Source of the DNA: Nemertoderma westbladi | Taxonomy: Eukaryota > Animalia > Xenacoelomorpha | Length of the DNA stretch: 57,218 nucleotides | Direction of reading: 5' to 3' | Assembly: GCA_032718475.1 (NCBI GenBank) | Contig: JAUCBJ010005185.1 | Location: forward strand, 1-57,218 | In this document: positions 9,389 to 20,300 of the stretch, piece by piece | Position numbering within the stretch: the first letter of the stretch is position 1 | Layout: each line of letters begins with the position of its first letter | The notes under the pieces: generated by a model | Told to the model about the DNA's origin: nothing | What the model saw: the letters and a program-made list of their open reading frames with translations, nothing else | Database searches by the model: none | Position numbers and translations under genes: made by a program

Positions 9389-12023
9389 ATGGACCAGAAT
9401 CGCCAGATTTTCAGCAAATTACCTACAACAATCGATTTATTGGACTATCCACAACCTGGATCTCCTAGTTTTGATGTGAAATGGAACGCCCTGTTGAATG
9501 AGAATGTGCAAGTCATTCGTTTCTCTGGGAGGGAGGCCCCGGATACCCGTAACTTGCAGGCGCTCCGGTTGACTGACGCTAGTACAAGCCTGAAAAGGAC
9601 TCGGAACGCTGAGGCAACCGGAGGAGGAAAGTTGTCATTCTGGAATACGTTCCGGCGAAGCATTTACAAATCCCGGTGCTTAATATATGACAACGAGGGC
9701 AATGCGACGCCGACTCTGAAGGCGGTTATAATGGCGCGATGTCAGAGTTTCATCGACGATAAGAGTACATATCTCGCACACTGGGGAAACCTGGCGGAAT
9801 GTACAGAGATGCTGCGAGAGGACCGAATGACAGCCATCCAAAATCAGGATGACTATAAAGAAAAATACGGGACGAAAGAGTACGGTCGGTCGCTAATCGT
9901 TGTACTCGGAACCCTGGACGGGTTGGTAATAGTGTGTCGAATCTTTCCAACACCCCAACAGGAAATACGGACAGCCGGGGTGATCTGGTTACTACCGACA
10001 GTGATCCAGAAGATCCTGTTCGACATTGATATAATCAAAATCGGGTCAGATATAAAAGCGGACCTCCGAAACGACTACATCAACGCTCCATTCGGAAGGA
10101 ACCGTAGAGAGGACATCAGCACGATCAGCCACTTCATCGACACCCAAACCCTGCTGGCCTGGTTACGGGTCACGGATTTTATGGGAGGGTTTAGAGAGGT
10201 GAGACGGACCAAATCCGGTATCGGCTACCTAGCGGTACTAAATGGCGGTTTAGATTTTAAACCACAAAAGTTCCCGGACTACAATAAAATCTACGACTTG
10301 CATCTGGATTTAGCGATACGTCATGAGTGGGAAAACCGTTGGAGGGATGTAGAAAGGAAATGGACGATCCACCAACGCTGGAATAATCCGGAGTGACGGA
10401 ACTACATCTATGTAACGATGGAGTCGTACAGGGTCACTAAGTTTATCTGCAATACCCTCAATAAGCTTATTAGCGCAGTCCGAAACGCTTTCATAGATTA
10501 TGAATGGAACGAGGTGATCGAGCAAGCATTCAAGGCGGTACAGAATATCCCACCAGGGGATACCAAGACGCTTGAAATAATCGAGGCCTGGGATCTGAAT
10601 GGACCGTTCGATATCCCAACGATCAACGACCGCCTTGGCGCCGAGGAACCTATAGTGTCGTCGGAAGGAGAGGAGCTATGGAAACACGAAGGTGTCCTGT
10701 TATCCACACCGAAATGCCAACACGAACCAGAAGTTACCTATGGATCAGCTGCTAAGTGGATAGCCACGACTGAGCCTGTGATGGACTCGGGCGTAGCTAC
10801 TCTGCTTGGCTCGGGTAGTACGGCGAGGGAATTGGTTACCACTCTCGCGCTCAGCGACTTCGATTATACATGCAGGGTGTTATCTCCTTACCCGTTCCCT
10901 GGAGGAGATGACTGGTCCACGGAAACTCCGAGCACCAGTACCCAGTGGACCCGGTCGGCAATCCAAGTGACGAAGGGACCTAGTATACCACCGACCCCCG
11001 GGAACCTCCTCAGGATTACTTCGGCGAATGTTCCGGCATCCTTTCGCCAACCAGCTATTCCACATGACCCGATGAGGTTCACCTGATGGTACGCTGAACA
11101 GATGGAGTGGATTCACCGTCAGAAATGGGCACCCGAAATGCATCCAGCGGACCATAAGGAGGGATACCGCAGCGAGGCCCAACTCCACGACAGCGCGGCG
11201 TACCGCGGGCTTCCTATAATAACAATTATTCCCAAGAAGGATAAACGGTTGGAATATTACACTGGCGTGCAAATTCCAATCTTCTTCGGTCAAGAAATGA
11301 AACTCGATGTCTGCAGTAGTTGTGGTTCGGAAGGAACAGTGTCCTCGAGGTAAGAAACAAAGAGTAACCGAGCCCTGTTTCCAAATCCTCGGGATAGTAT
11401 ATTGCCCATATTGCGCCATCCCGGGCCATGATGTATCGGTTTGCCCAACATCGTACAATGTATGTACAACATGCGGATTCCGTGGGCATACGGCGAGCCC
11501 TCGGTGCAATATTAAATGTCCTTCTAAGGATGTTACAGCTACTGGGAACATGGTAATGTTCGAGACGTACACCAATGTCCACATAAAGACCAGAGTGCGA
11601 TTGAGCGATCGAAATGTTGCACAGGAGATGGCGTGCGGGTATTTCTCATTCCCCGAACGTCTCCATATGGGAGAGGCTTTACCCTTCCACTACGTGGATC
11701 TCCTACTTATCGCCAATCTATTCGGTCCATTCGAGGTGATTAGGCGTCTATACTCGTATACGGAAGCGTTTGGAGATGGAGAATGGTTCCAGACAGCTCG
11801 AGCCACCGAGCTAGAAAGGAGAACGGATCTCATCACGATACCTCAATGAGGAATGGCTGCCAGGAGGCAGGCGGCGGCGCTTCTCGCATCAGCCAATGAC
11901 GCCCCACTACCCGCATTGGCGTTAAACGAAAGTCGATGGGCGAAGAAAAGGAAAGCATATCAAAGTAGGAGATTAAACGATAAAACAAAGGAAGGACTGT
12001 CAGACACAGGTATGAAAAAATAG
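9389..12023 (+). pseudogene. Accessory ORF: DEDDy/WRN-Mut7-EXD-like 3'-5' exonuclease-fold domain plus CCHC zinc knuckles
   Basis: ORFs starting at 9389, 10418 and 11102 share one frame and are separated only by TGA stops. One frameshift near 11335 leads to ORF 11307-11849, and the frame stays open past another TGA. Motifs LPTVIQKILFDIDIIKIGSDIKADL, FIDTQTL, GIGYLA, CPYCAIPGHDVSVC, CTTCGFRGHTASPRC. Confidence 0.7.
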
Positions 12024-12084
12024 TAGGTAATTATATTTTTTCATACCTGTGGCTGACAGTCCTTCCTTTGTTTTATCGTTTAAT
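11972..12084. repeat. Inverted repeat with 51-bp arms and an 11-nt loop
   Basis: 11972-12022 is the reverse complement of 12034-12084 with one mismatch. AAAGTAGGAGAT direct repeats lie at 11962 and 12122. Confidence 0.92.
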
Positions 12085-12309
12085 ATTTACTCGCCACATT
12101 CCCCAACATGAATTTTAATTTAAAGTAGGAGATGAAAGACCATGACATTTATAGACATTTATTCAAACATTATATTTTATATATATATGTACGTAAACTG
12201 ACTCTAGGACAAATTAATCATGGACTATGCAATAACACAAAATTAGTTTTGTATGGGGAAATGACCTTACGCAAACTCGATCTACCGATAGACCTCACGA
12301 AGGTCATTT

Positions 12310-12317
12310 GGGGGGAC
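12310..12317 (+). promoter_or_regulatory. Polypurine tract
   Basis: GGGGGGA(C) lies immediately before the TGTT start of the 3' LTR. Confidence 0.65.
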
Positions 12318-13486
12318 TGTTCGCGTTATTTTAATTATCATAATGCGAGTTACATATTTTTCGATTTCTTATTTTATGAATGTGCCAATATCGATGGGGG
12401 GCATGGGAACAAAAAATTGGGCACATTTAATAAACTGGGGGTGATTTACGGGCGAAACTTGGGGGGACTTATGGGACGCGGGATACATTTCAGATATTTA
12501 AGGGCCATGGGTGGGGGGTAAAATCAAGCAATACTCTCGGCTGTCAGGGTTGCTGATAGTTACTTTAGACCTAGACAACGCTAGCCTGAAACGGACTCGG
12601 GCGCCGTTCGATAAACCGGGGATTTGTGAAGGGCCGATGACCAGATGGAAAGGAAGGGTTCAACGAGGACTGACTTCCTGGCGTGGGCTCCATGACTGGC
12701 GTTAGTACGAGCCTGAAAAGGACTCGGAAAGCTCCGATGGTTGGGGCTCACAATGGGCTGACAGACCCTTAGCTAAGCCGTACCGCTTTCCTGAGGACTG
12801 ATCCTGTTAGGGTTCGGGAAGGGTGGGACGGACATGCGATAGGGTCGAAAGACAGAGGACCGAACTTTACTGGCATACCGACTATTCGGAGCGGGTTCTC
12901 GACTACTAACGTGATTACGAGCCTGAAAAGGACTTGGAAAGCATAGGTAGTTGGGACCCTGCGACGAACCGACAGAATCCCTAGCTAAGCTGTGCCGCTT
13001 TCCTAATGACTGAACCGTATGGGATCAGGAAGGGTGGAGCGGGCAAAGGATCGACCGACGCTGACACTACTGTACCGGGACTAGTACCGAGGGAAAATTG
13101 GAAACATTAGTTAGGTCAAAATCTGAAAGTTAAGCGAACAGTGGGGTAATTAAATAATTTACTGTAGGAATTTCATATTGTGTATTATTGTGAATATTTG
13201 GTATATTGGTGTGGGGAAGCCCAAATTATTCTCAATCAGAGTGCAACAGAGTGTAACAGAGTTCCAACTGCAGATCAGAGTTCAAAGTTTAGAGTGCAAT
13301 ATTTCAGGTTACTACTATTAAAGATTAATATCCAACCAATGAAACTCTTTTCTACCCGCAACTCTGCATTAAAGATAACGTCCTTCTCCACTCCCAATAA
13401 CCAGTGACTGGCCGGAATATAGTGGTCTGAAAGTTCCGCCTCCAGCATTGGCGTTTTCCCCCCTGGTGTCGGGAATAACGGCAACA
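12318..13486 (+). repeat. 3' LTR
   Basis: Starts TGTTCGCGTTATT and ends AATAACGGCAACA (11/13 terminal inverted match). The body aligns with the 5' LTR, and (TAT)n flank follows. Confidence 0.88.
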
Positions 13487-14394
13487 ATTATTATTATTAT
13501 TATATACTATTATTATATATCAAATTTTATCTAGCATCTCCTTAACTATATATCATGCATGCTAATACTAAATATTAAGTGCATAGGTGGTGGTTGTCTG
13601 TAGAATGTGTGTTGCTTCTACCTACTGTACAGTAGGAAGTGCAGGGTTGGATCCCATGCCAAGCCACTTACGATTTCATAACTGTTTCACCAACCCAGGG
13701 ATATGGGAGGGCACCCGAAAGTGTTTGACATTTTTCAACCTTGGGAGTTAGTGTGGCGCTCTCCCTACCTACAGGTATCAGCCGAGAGAAGATAATTCGG
13801 GGTACCTCCGATGATGGTGTTTAATGTTCTACTTTCACTTTACGAAATATTCAGAAGTAAGTCATGGACAGCTCGAAAGTTTGACTGCGAAACTTTAGGA
13901 AGATTGTGGAGAACGATTGGAATTCCATCAGCCTTATATAAAATAAAATTCATATTTAGAGCCCTAACTAGGACGCAAACGGTAGTCATAGGAACACATT
14001 ATAGGAAGCTGCTACGTAGACTACTCTGTGTGGGAAATTATGTGGGTAACAATCGGCTCTACGGCTTAATGGGATGCAGCTACATTGCCGATGAGGCATA
14101 CAAGTCTATAGTAGGGGCCGGCCATCATACGATTAGAAACGTGTCCTAATGATTTATGGCAAACTGGACTCGGTTATGCCCTATTATACAATAAACAAGA
14201 CACGGCACACATTGTCCTTGGCAGCACCTATCACAAAGCCGCAATGGCCTATCCGCTTCCTATTCTCCACTCGCTACAAACGTATACTTATGTAGCACAC
14301 AGCGTGCTCTCACGTATAAAACCAAGGGAACTAAAATTAAGTGAGAAAAATGATGCTAGCTTTATTGCAAACTGTTACAAAATGGCAATACCCT

Positions 14395-14497
14395 TAATAA
14401 TAATAATAATAATAATAATATTGGTTATTTATATAGCGCTTTTCTACGCTCAGCATACTCAAAGCGCTTTTATTATCATTACCCCAGCAAAGCTGCG
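14395..14497 (-). mobile_element. 3' tail fragment of an L2-type LINE or an L2-tailed SINE
   Basis: The minus strand reads AAAGCGCTTTGAG...AAAAGCGCTATATAAAT followed by (TTA)n, a typical L2-family 3' end. Confidence 0.55.
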
Positions 14498-14563
14498 ATA
14501 AACACAAATATATCCTTGACTATTTTTGAATCATATAATCTAACAAACTACTATTTAAACATT

Positions 14564-14707
14564 GCCTCCGTGGTGTAGTGGTTAGCATGCATACCTGAAC
14601 GTTTATCGGGAGACGCGGGTTCAATCCCCGCTGGTGGAGAATTCATTTTTTCCGCTCCATTTGCTATAGAGTTGGATCATCCTTAGTCCTGTTTAATTAC
14701 TTATTAA
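14564..14707 (+). mobile_element. Short tRNA-derived SINE
   Basis: A-box TGGTGTAGTGG and B-box GGTTCAATCC. Perfect 14-bp TSD ACTATTTAAACATT at 14550-14563 and 14708-14721. Confidence 0.8.
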
Positions 14708-15258
14708 ACTATTTAAACATTATTATAAAATTTATAGCTAACTTAACCAGATCTAATAATATCGTGCAATTGATTAATTTGTTAAGGCAATATGTATTGT
14801 AATATGTATTGTGTTGAGGTTAACACGTTTAACCCCACATATTGATTCATTGCGGTTATTCCTGATTACAAATCAGCAATGTCTTTGATTTCTTTTGATA
14901 TGTTGGATCTGAATGGCCGTTGGCCTACTTTTATTTTGTGCATAACTGATTAAAATAGTTTTAACAAACGTATTCGTGTAACATAGGTTACATTTAGTGT
15001 AATACTAGTACCTACGAGGTAATTTATAGCCGGACTATTATATAAGTTCTAAGTCTTAACGTTCTATGGTCACGATATGTGTATAACTCTTATCTGTGGA
15101 CAGTGTTTCTGGTTTTTTTAATGTTTTATCTGCCAATTTTACATGAATAAATGCCGGCTCGATTCCTCGATTAATTCCGGTTCGTTAATAGATAGACTTT
15201 ACAAATACAGACACAGACTCCGTGTAAATTTAACCTTTAATATTTAGATAATGCTTAC

Positions 15259-15433
15259 CAGGATCCGTTCTCTTCTTCACTTCTACATTTTCTGAATTGT
15301 CATCATTAGCAGAAATAACTACAGACATGACCCCCAGTAGGGCTGCAAATAATATGCATAATGGCACATTCGCCCTGTAACTGGACCTATACCTAGGCGA
15401 CATAGAGCCAACATTCGCCCTGTAACTGGACAT
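15259..15433 (-). CDS. Candidate first coding exon of a secreted or membrane host protein
   Basis: Reads M...RANVPLCILFAALLGVMSVVISA-NDDNSENVEVKKRTDP, a signal-peptide-like sequence, and ends at a G|GTAAGC donor at 15258. No further exons were identified. Confidence 0.4.
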
Positions 15434-16750
15434 ATTATTAGGCGATATAAAGCCAACTCTACTGCTCGCGACCACATATGTTGGTGTTTTCCCAGCTAGT
15501 AGTGTCAGATTTAACTCAGGTAAAGGAAACAAATTTAAATTTAAATGAATTACATAAATTATATTAAATTATGTTGTCTATTTGTTGCAATGTCCTGTGT
15601 TCTACAATATTACCATAATAATATATATCGCTGTAAGTACATAGGTTATGTTATAAATGTTAATGTGCGAGAGAGGGGAACATGCAATGAAGATATGGAT
15701 TTTACCACATGAGATATTTCACAACATCACCCTTAAGTTGATTCACTACAATGCAATAAAGGTTATATTTATATATAACTAAGCATATACCATATATACT
15801 ATATAACAGCAACTAAGGGATTATTTTATATCTTACACGTGGCAAATTTCGATTACTGTAGAGATGCCCCTCCATATGTTATGTTATCAAGGTATCATGA
15901 CTTGTGGCACTGTTAATTAATGCAGTTATTAAATGTACTGTAGTGTATGTACAGTAGTTAGAGTTAAAGACGAGATCATACCAGGTCTAATTTTCTGGCA
16001 ACCAACTCATGGAAAACGTACCCGTGGACGACCGGCTATAACACAGCTATAACATAACTGTACTTGAGAGAAACGAAATTGTGACAACTATGGAGAATCG
16101 GTTTTTAATGTCAAACATGAACTTTGCAGTCTCTAGTTCAAAACGTTTATAAAGTTGTAAAATATTAAGTGATTTATATATAGGTGCCGATCGAAAGTGA
16201 TTGAAAGTGATTGCTAGTATTATTTTGGTTGCTTTTTTTTTAATTGGGCTAGTATAGGAGTTGTAACTGTTTCCCCACAGGACTAGTCCGCACAATAAGT
16301 GTGGGTGGACAAGGGCAAAATATAGTGTTCTTAATATGTAAATTGGTAGAATGTGTCTTAATTTATAAAAGATTCGTGAGAGTTTTGATATTTTTGATAA
16401 ATTATATTCACAATGAATTTTCCAATTAATTTTTTTATCATTAAAAATTCCTAGAAATTTTGAGGCGGTTTTTGTGGCAATAGGGTGATAGTAGATTGTA
16501 TTGTGACCGTGGGGATTGGTGGATGTCGGCTGTTATGGAATAGTACCGTATATACTCAGTCTTCTTTAAATTTACTGAAAGTTTGTTGTCGGTTCATTGA
16601 GTCAGTCTTGTAGTTCAGTGTTAACAGTTTTAATGAGTTTAATAGTATTTTTATCGCAGTAAAGTAGCGTAGTGTCGTCTGCGAATAGCCCTGTGGAGTT
16701 CCACAAGGTGAGTTAGTTGTTCCAGATGTACGGCCGTCAATGGATACTAG

Positions 16751-17030
16751 GTAAAAGTAAAGTAAAAGTAAATTTTCTTCGGCCGTTAGGCCAGGGATTA
16801 CGCACAAAGTCTGACGACTTATTTTCAGTGCGGTCCCCCCAGAACTTTACTCCCCAGAGGAAACTCTAGTACTCATTTAGCTACCACTTAAGGATGCAAG
16901 GCAGAGATGCGCCCTGGCTGGTCCCTTTAAAGCATTCGTGCCGAAACGGAATCTGCCCTGGCCCATGTGAGGATCGAACCCACGACCTACAGGAGATGTG
17001 AATTCAATGCAACCACTACACCAAGGTGGA
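16751..17030 (-). mobile_element. tRNA-headed SINE with a Deu/Nin-like core, nested in the LINE
   Basis: A-box TGGTGTAGTGG, B-box GGTTCGATCC, core GCCTTGCATCCTTAAGTGGTAGCTAAATGAGTAC and a (TTTAC)n tail. A second copy lies at ~49296. Confidence 0.8.
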
Positions 17031-17366
17031 ACCTTAGGTGTACCTGTGTTCTGTTTGGAGAAAGCTACTGTGGTGCTTTTGTGGTATTGTGGTACTGTGA
17101 AGCTTTTGTGGTCAAGTGTGTCAAAAGCTTTCTTGAGATCCACAGAAATAAGGCAGGCGGAGCTTTGGTTGTCGAGAGTTTCCTGTAATTGTTCAGTAAT
17201 AGTGAGTATGACATCAGTAGTTGTAATTTGTTTGCGGAATCCGTGTTGAGCTGGAGATTGTAGGTTGTATTTATTTAAGTAGGTCGTTAATTGTGTATTA
17301 ATTTGTTTAATTAATTAGACTTTCATAGATTTTATTGAAAATGGGTAAGATAGAAATGGGGCGGTA

Positions 17367-20300
17367 ATTATTTTTAAATGTCGGATCACCTGACTTATAC
17401 TATACACTGTTATTATTTTTATCTTTCGGATCACCTGACTTATACACTGGTATTATTATTATCTGTCGGATCACCTGACTTATACACTGGTATTATTTTT
17501 ATCTGTCGGATCACCTGACTTATACACTGTTATTATTTTTATCTGTCGGATCACCTGACTTATACGCTGGTATTATTTTATCTGTCGGATCACCTGACTT
17601 ATACACTGTTATTATTTTTATCTGTCGGATCACCTGACTTATACACTGTTATTATTTTTATCTGTCGGATCACCTGACTTATACACTGTTATTATTTTTA
17701 TCTTTCGGATCACCTGACTTATACACTGGTATTATTTTTATCTGCCGGATCACCTGACTTATACACTGTTATTATTTTTATCTTTCGGATCACCTGACTT
17801 ATACACTGGTATTATTTTTATCTGTCGGATCACCTGACTTATACACTGGTATTATTTTTATCTGCCGGATCACCTGACTTATACACTGTTATTATTTTTA
17901 TCTTTCGGATCACCTGACTTATACACTGGTATTATTTTTATCTTTCGGATCACCTGACTTATACACTGTTATTATTTTTATCTTTCGGATCACCTGACTT
18001 ATACACTGTTATTATTTTTATCTTTCGGATCACCTGACTTATACACTGGTATTATTTTATCTTTCGGATCACCTGACTTATACACTGGTATTATTTTTAT
18101 CTTTCGGATCACCTGACTTATTATACACTGGTATTATTTTTATCTGCCGGATCACCTGACTTATACACTGTTATTATTTTTATCTTTCGGATCACCTGAC
18201 TTATACACTGGTATTATTTTTATCTTTCGGATCACCTGACTTATACACTGTTATTATTTTTATCTTTCGGATCACCTGACTTATACACTGTTATTATTTT
18301 TATCTTTCGGATCACCTGACTTATACACTGGTATTATTTTATCTTTCGGATCACCTGACTTATACACTGGTATTATTTTTATCTTTCGGATCACCTGACT
18401 TATACACTGGTATTATTTTATCTTTCGGATCACCTGACTTATACACTGGTATTATTTTTATCTTTCGGATCACCTGACTTATACACTGGTATTATTTTTA
18501 TCTGTCGGATCACCTGACTTATACACTGGTATTATTTTTATCTGCCGGATCACCTGACTTATACACTGTTATTATTTTTATCTTTCGGATCACCTGACTT
18601 ATACACTGTTATTATTTTTATCTTTCGGATCACCTGACTTATACACTGGTATTATTTTTATCTGTCGGATCACCTGACTTATACACTGGTATTATTTTTA
18701 TCTGTCGGATCACCTGACTTATACACTGGTATTATTTTTATCTGCCGGATCACCTGACTTATACACTGGTATTATTTTTATCTTTCGGATCACCTGACTT
18801 ATTATACACTGGTATTATTTTTATCTTTCGGATCACCTGACTTATACACTGGTATTATTTTTATCTTTCGGATCACCTGACTTATACACTGTTATTATTT
18901 TTATCTTTCGGATCACCTGACTTATACACTGGTATTATTTTATCTTTCGGATCACCTGACTTATTATACACTGGTATTATTTTATCTTTCGGATCACCTG
19001 ACTTATACACTGGTATTATTTTATCTTTCGGATCACCTGACTTATTATACACTGGTATTATTTTTATCTGTCGGATCACCTGACTTATACACTGGTATTA
19101 TTTTATCCTTCGGATCACCTGACTTATTATACACTGGTATTATTTTTATCTTTCGGATCACCTGACTTATTATACACTGGTATTATTTTAGCTTTCGGAT
19201 CACCTGACTTATACACTGTTATTATTTTTATCTTTCGGATCACCTGACTTATACACTGGTATTATTTTATCTTTCGGATCACCTGACTTATACACTGTTA
19301 TTATTTTTATCTTTCGGATCACCTGACTTATACACTGGTATTATTTTATCTTTCGGATCACCTGACTTATACACTGGTATTATTTTTATCTTTCGGATCA
19401 CCTGACTTATACACTGGTATTATTTTATCTTTCGGATCACCTGACTTATACACTGGTATTATTTTTATCTTTCGGATCACCTGACTTATACACTGGTATT
19501 ATTTTTATCTGTCGGATCACCTGACTTATACACTGGTATTATTTTTATCTGCCGGATCACCTGACTTATACACTGTTATTATTTTTATCTTTCGGATCAC
19601 CTGACTTATACACTGTTATTATTTTTATCTTTCGGATCACCTGACTTATACACTGGTATTATTTTTATCTGTCGGATCACCTGACTTATACACTGGTATT
19701 ATTTTTATCTGTCGGATCACCTGACTTATACACTGGTATTATTTTTATCTGCCGGATCACCTGACTTATACACTGGTATTATTTTTATCTTTCGGATCAC
19801 CTGACTTATTATACACTGGTATTATTTTTATCTTTCGGATCACCTGACTTATACACTGGTATTATTTTTATCTTTCGGATCACCTGACTTATACACTGTT
19901 ATTATTTTTATCTTTCGGATCACCTGACTTATACACTGGTATTATTTTATCTTTCGGATCACCTGACTTATTATACACTGGTATTATTTTATCTTTCGGA
20001 TCACCTGACTTATACACTGGTATTATTTTATCTTTCGGATCACCTGACTTATTATACACTGGTATTATTTTTATCTGTCGGATCACCTGACTTATACACT
20101 GGTATTATTTTATCCTTCGGATCACCTGACTTATTATACACTGGTATTATTTTTATCTTTCGGATCACCTGACTTATTATACACTGGTATTATTTTAGCT
20201 TTCGGATCACCTGACTTATACACTGTTATTATTTTTATCTGTCGGATCACCTGACTTATAGACTGTTATTATTTTTATCTTTCGGATCACCTGACTTATT

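Larger units (their letters stand above)
1..13486 (+). mobile_element. BEL/Pao LTR retrotransposon, decayed, with an extra 3' ORF
   Basis: Long direct repeats at both ends (position 1 aligns to 12339). Domain order is Gag-PR-RT-RH-IN with BEL/Pao signature motifs. PBS and PPT lie at the expected places. Many stops and frameshifts. Confidence 0.95.

Noticed and set aside
9389-11849. env gene
   Set aside because: No signal peptide, transmembrane anchor or glycoprotein-like cysteine pattern is visible.
13585-14149. Degenerate SINE head (~13585-13790) and a 112-aa ORF resembling a LINE C-terminus
   Set aside because: The box motifs and protein similarity are too weak to support without a search.
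14564-14640. Functional tRNA gene
   Set aside because: The anticodon arm and acceptor stem are imperfect, and the sequence continues into a body and tail flanked by a TSD, so it is a SINE.
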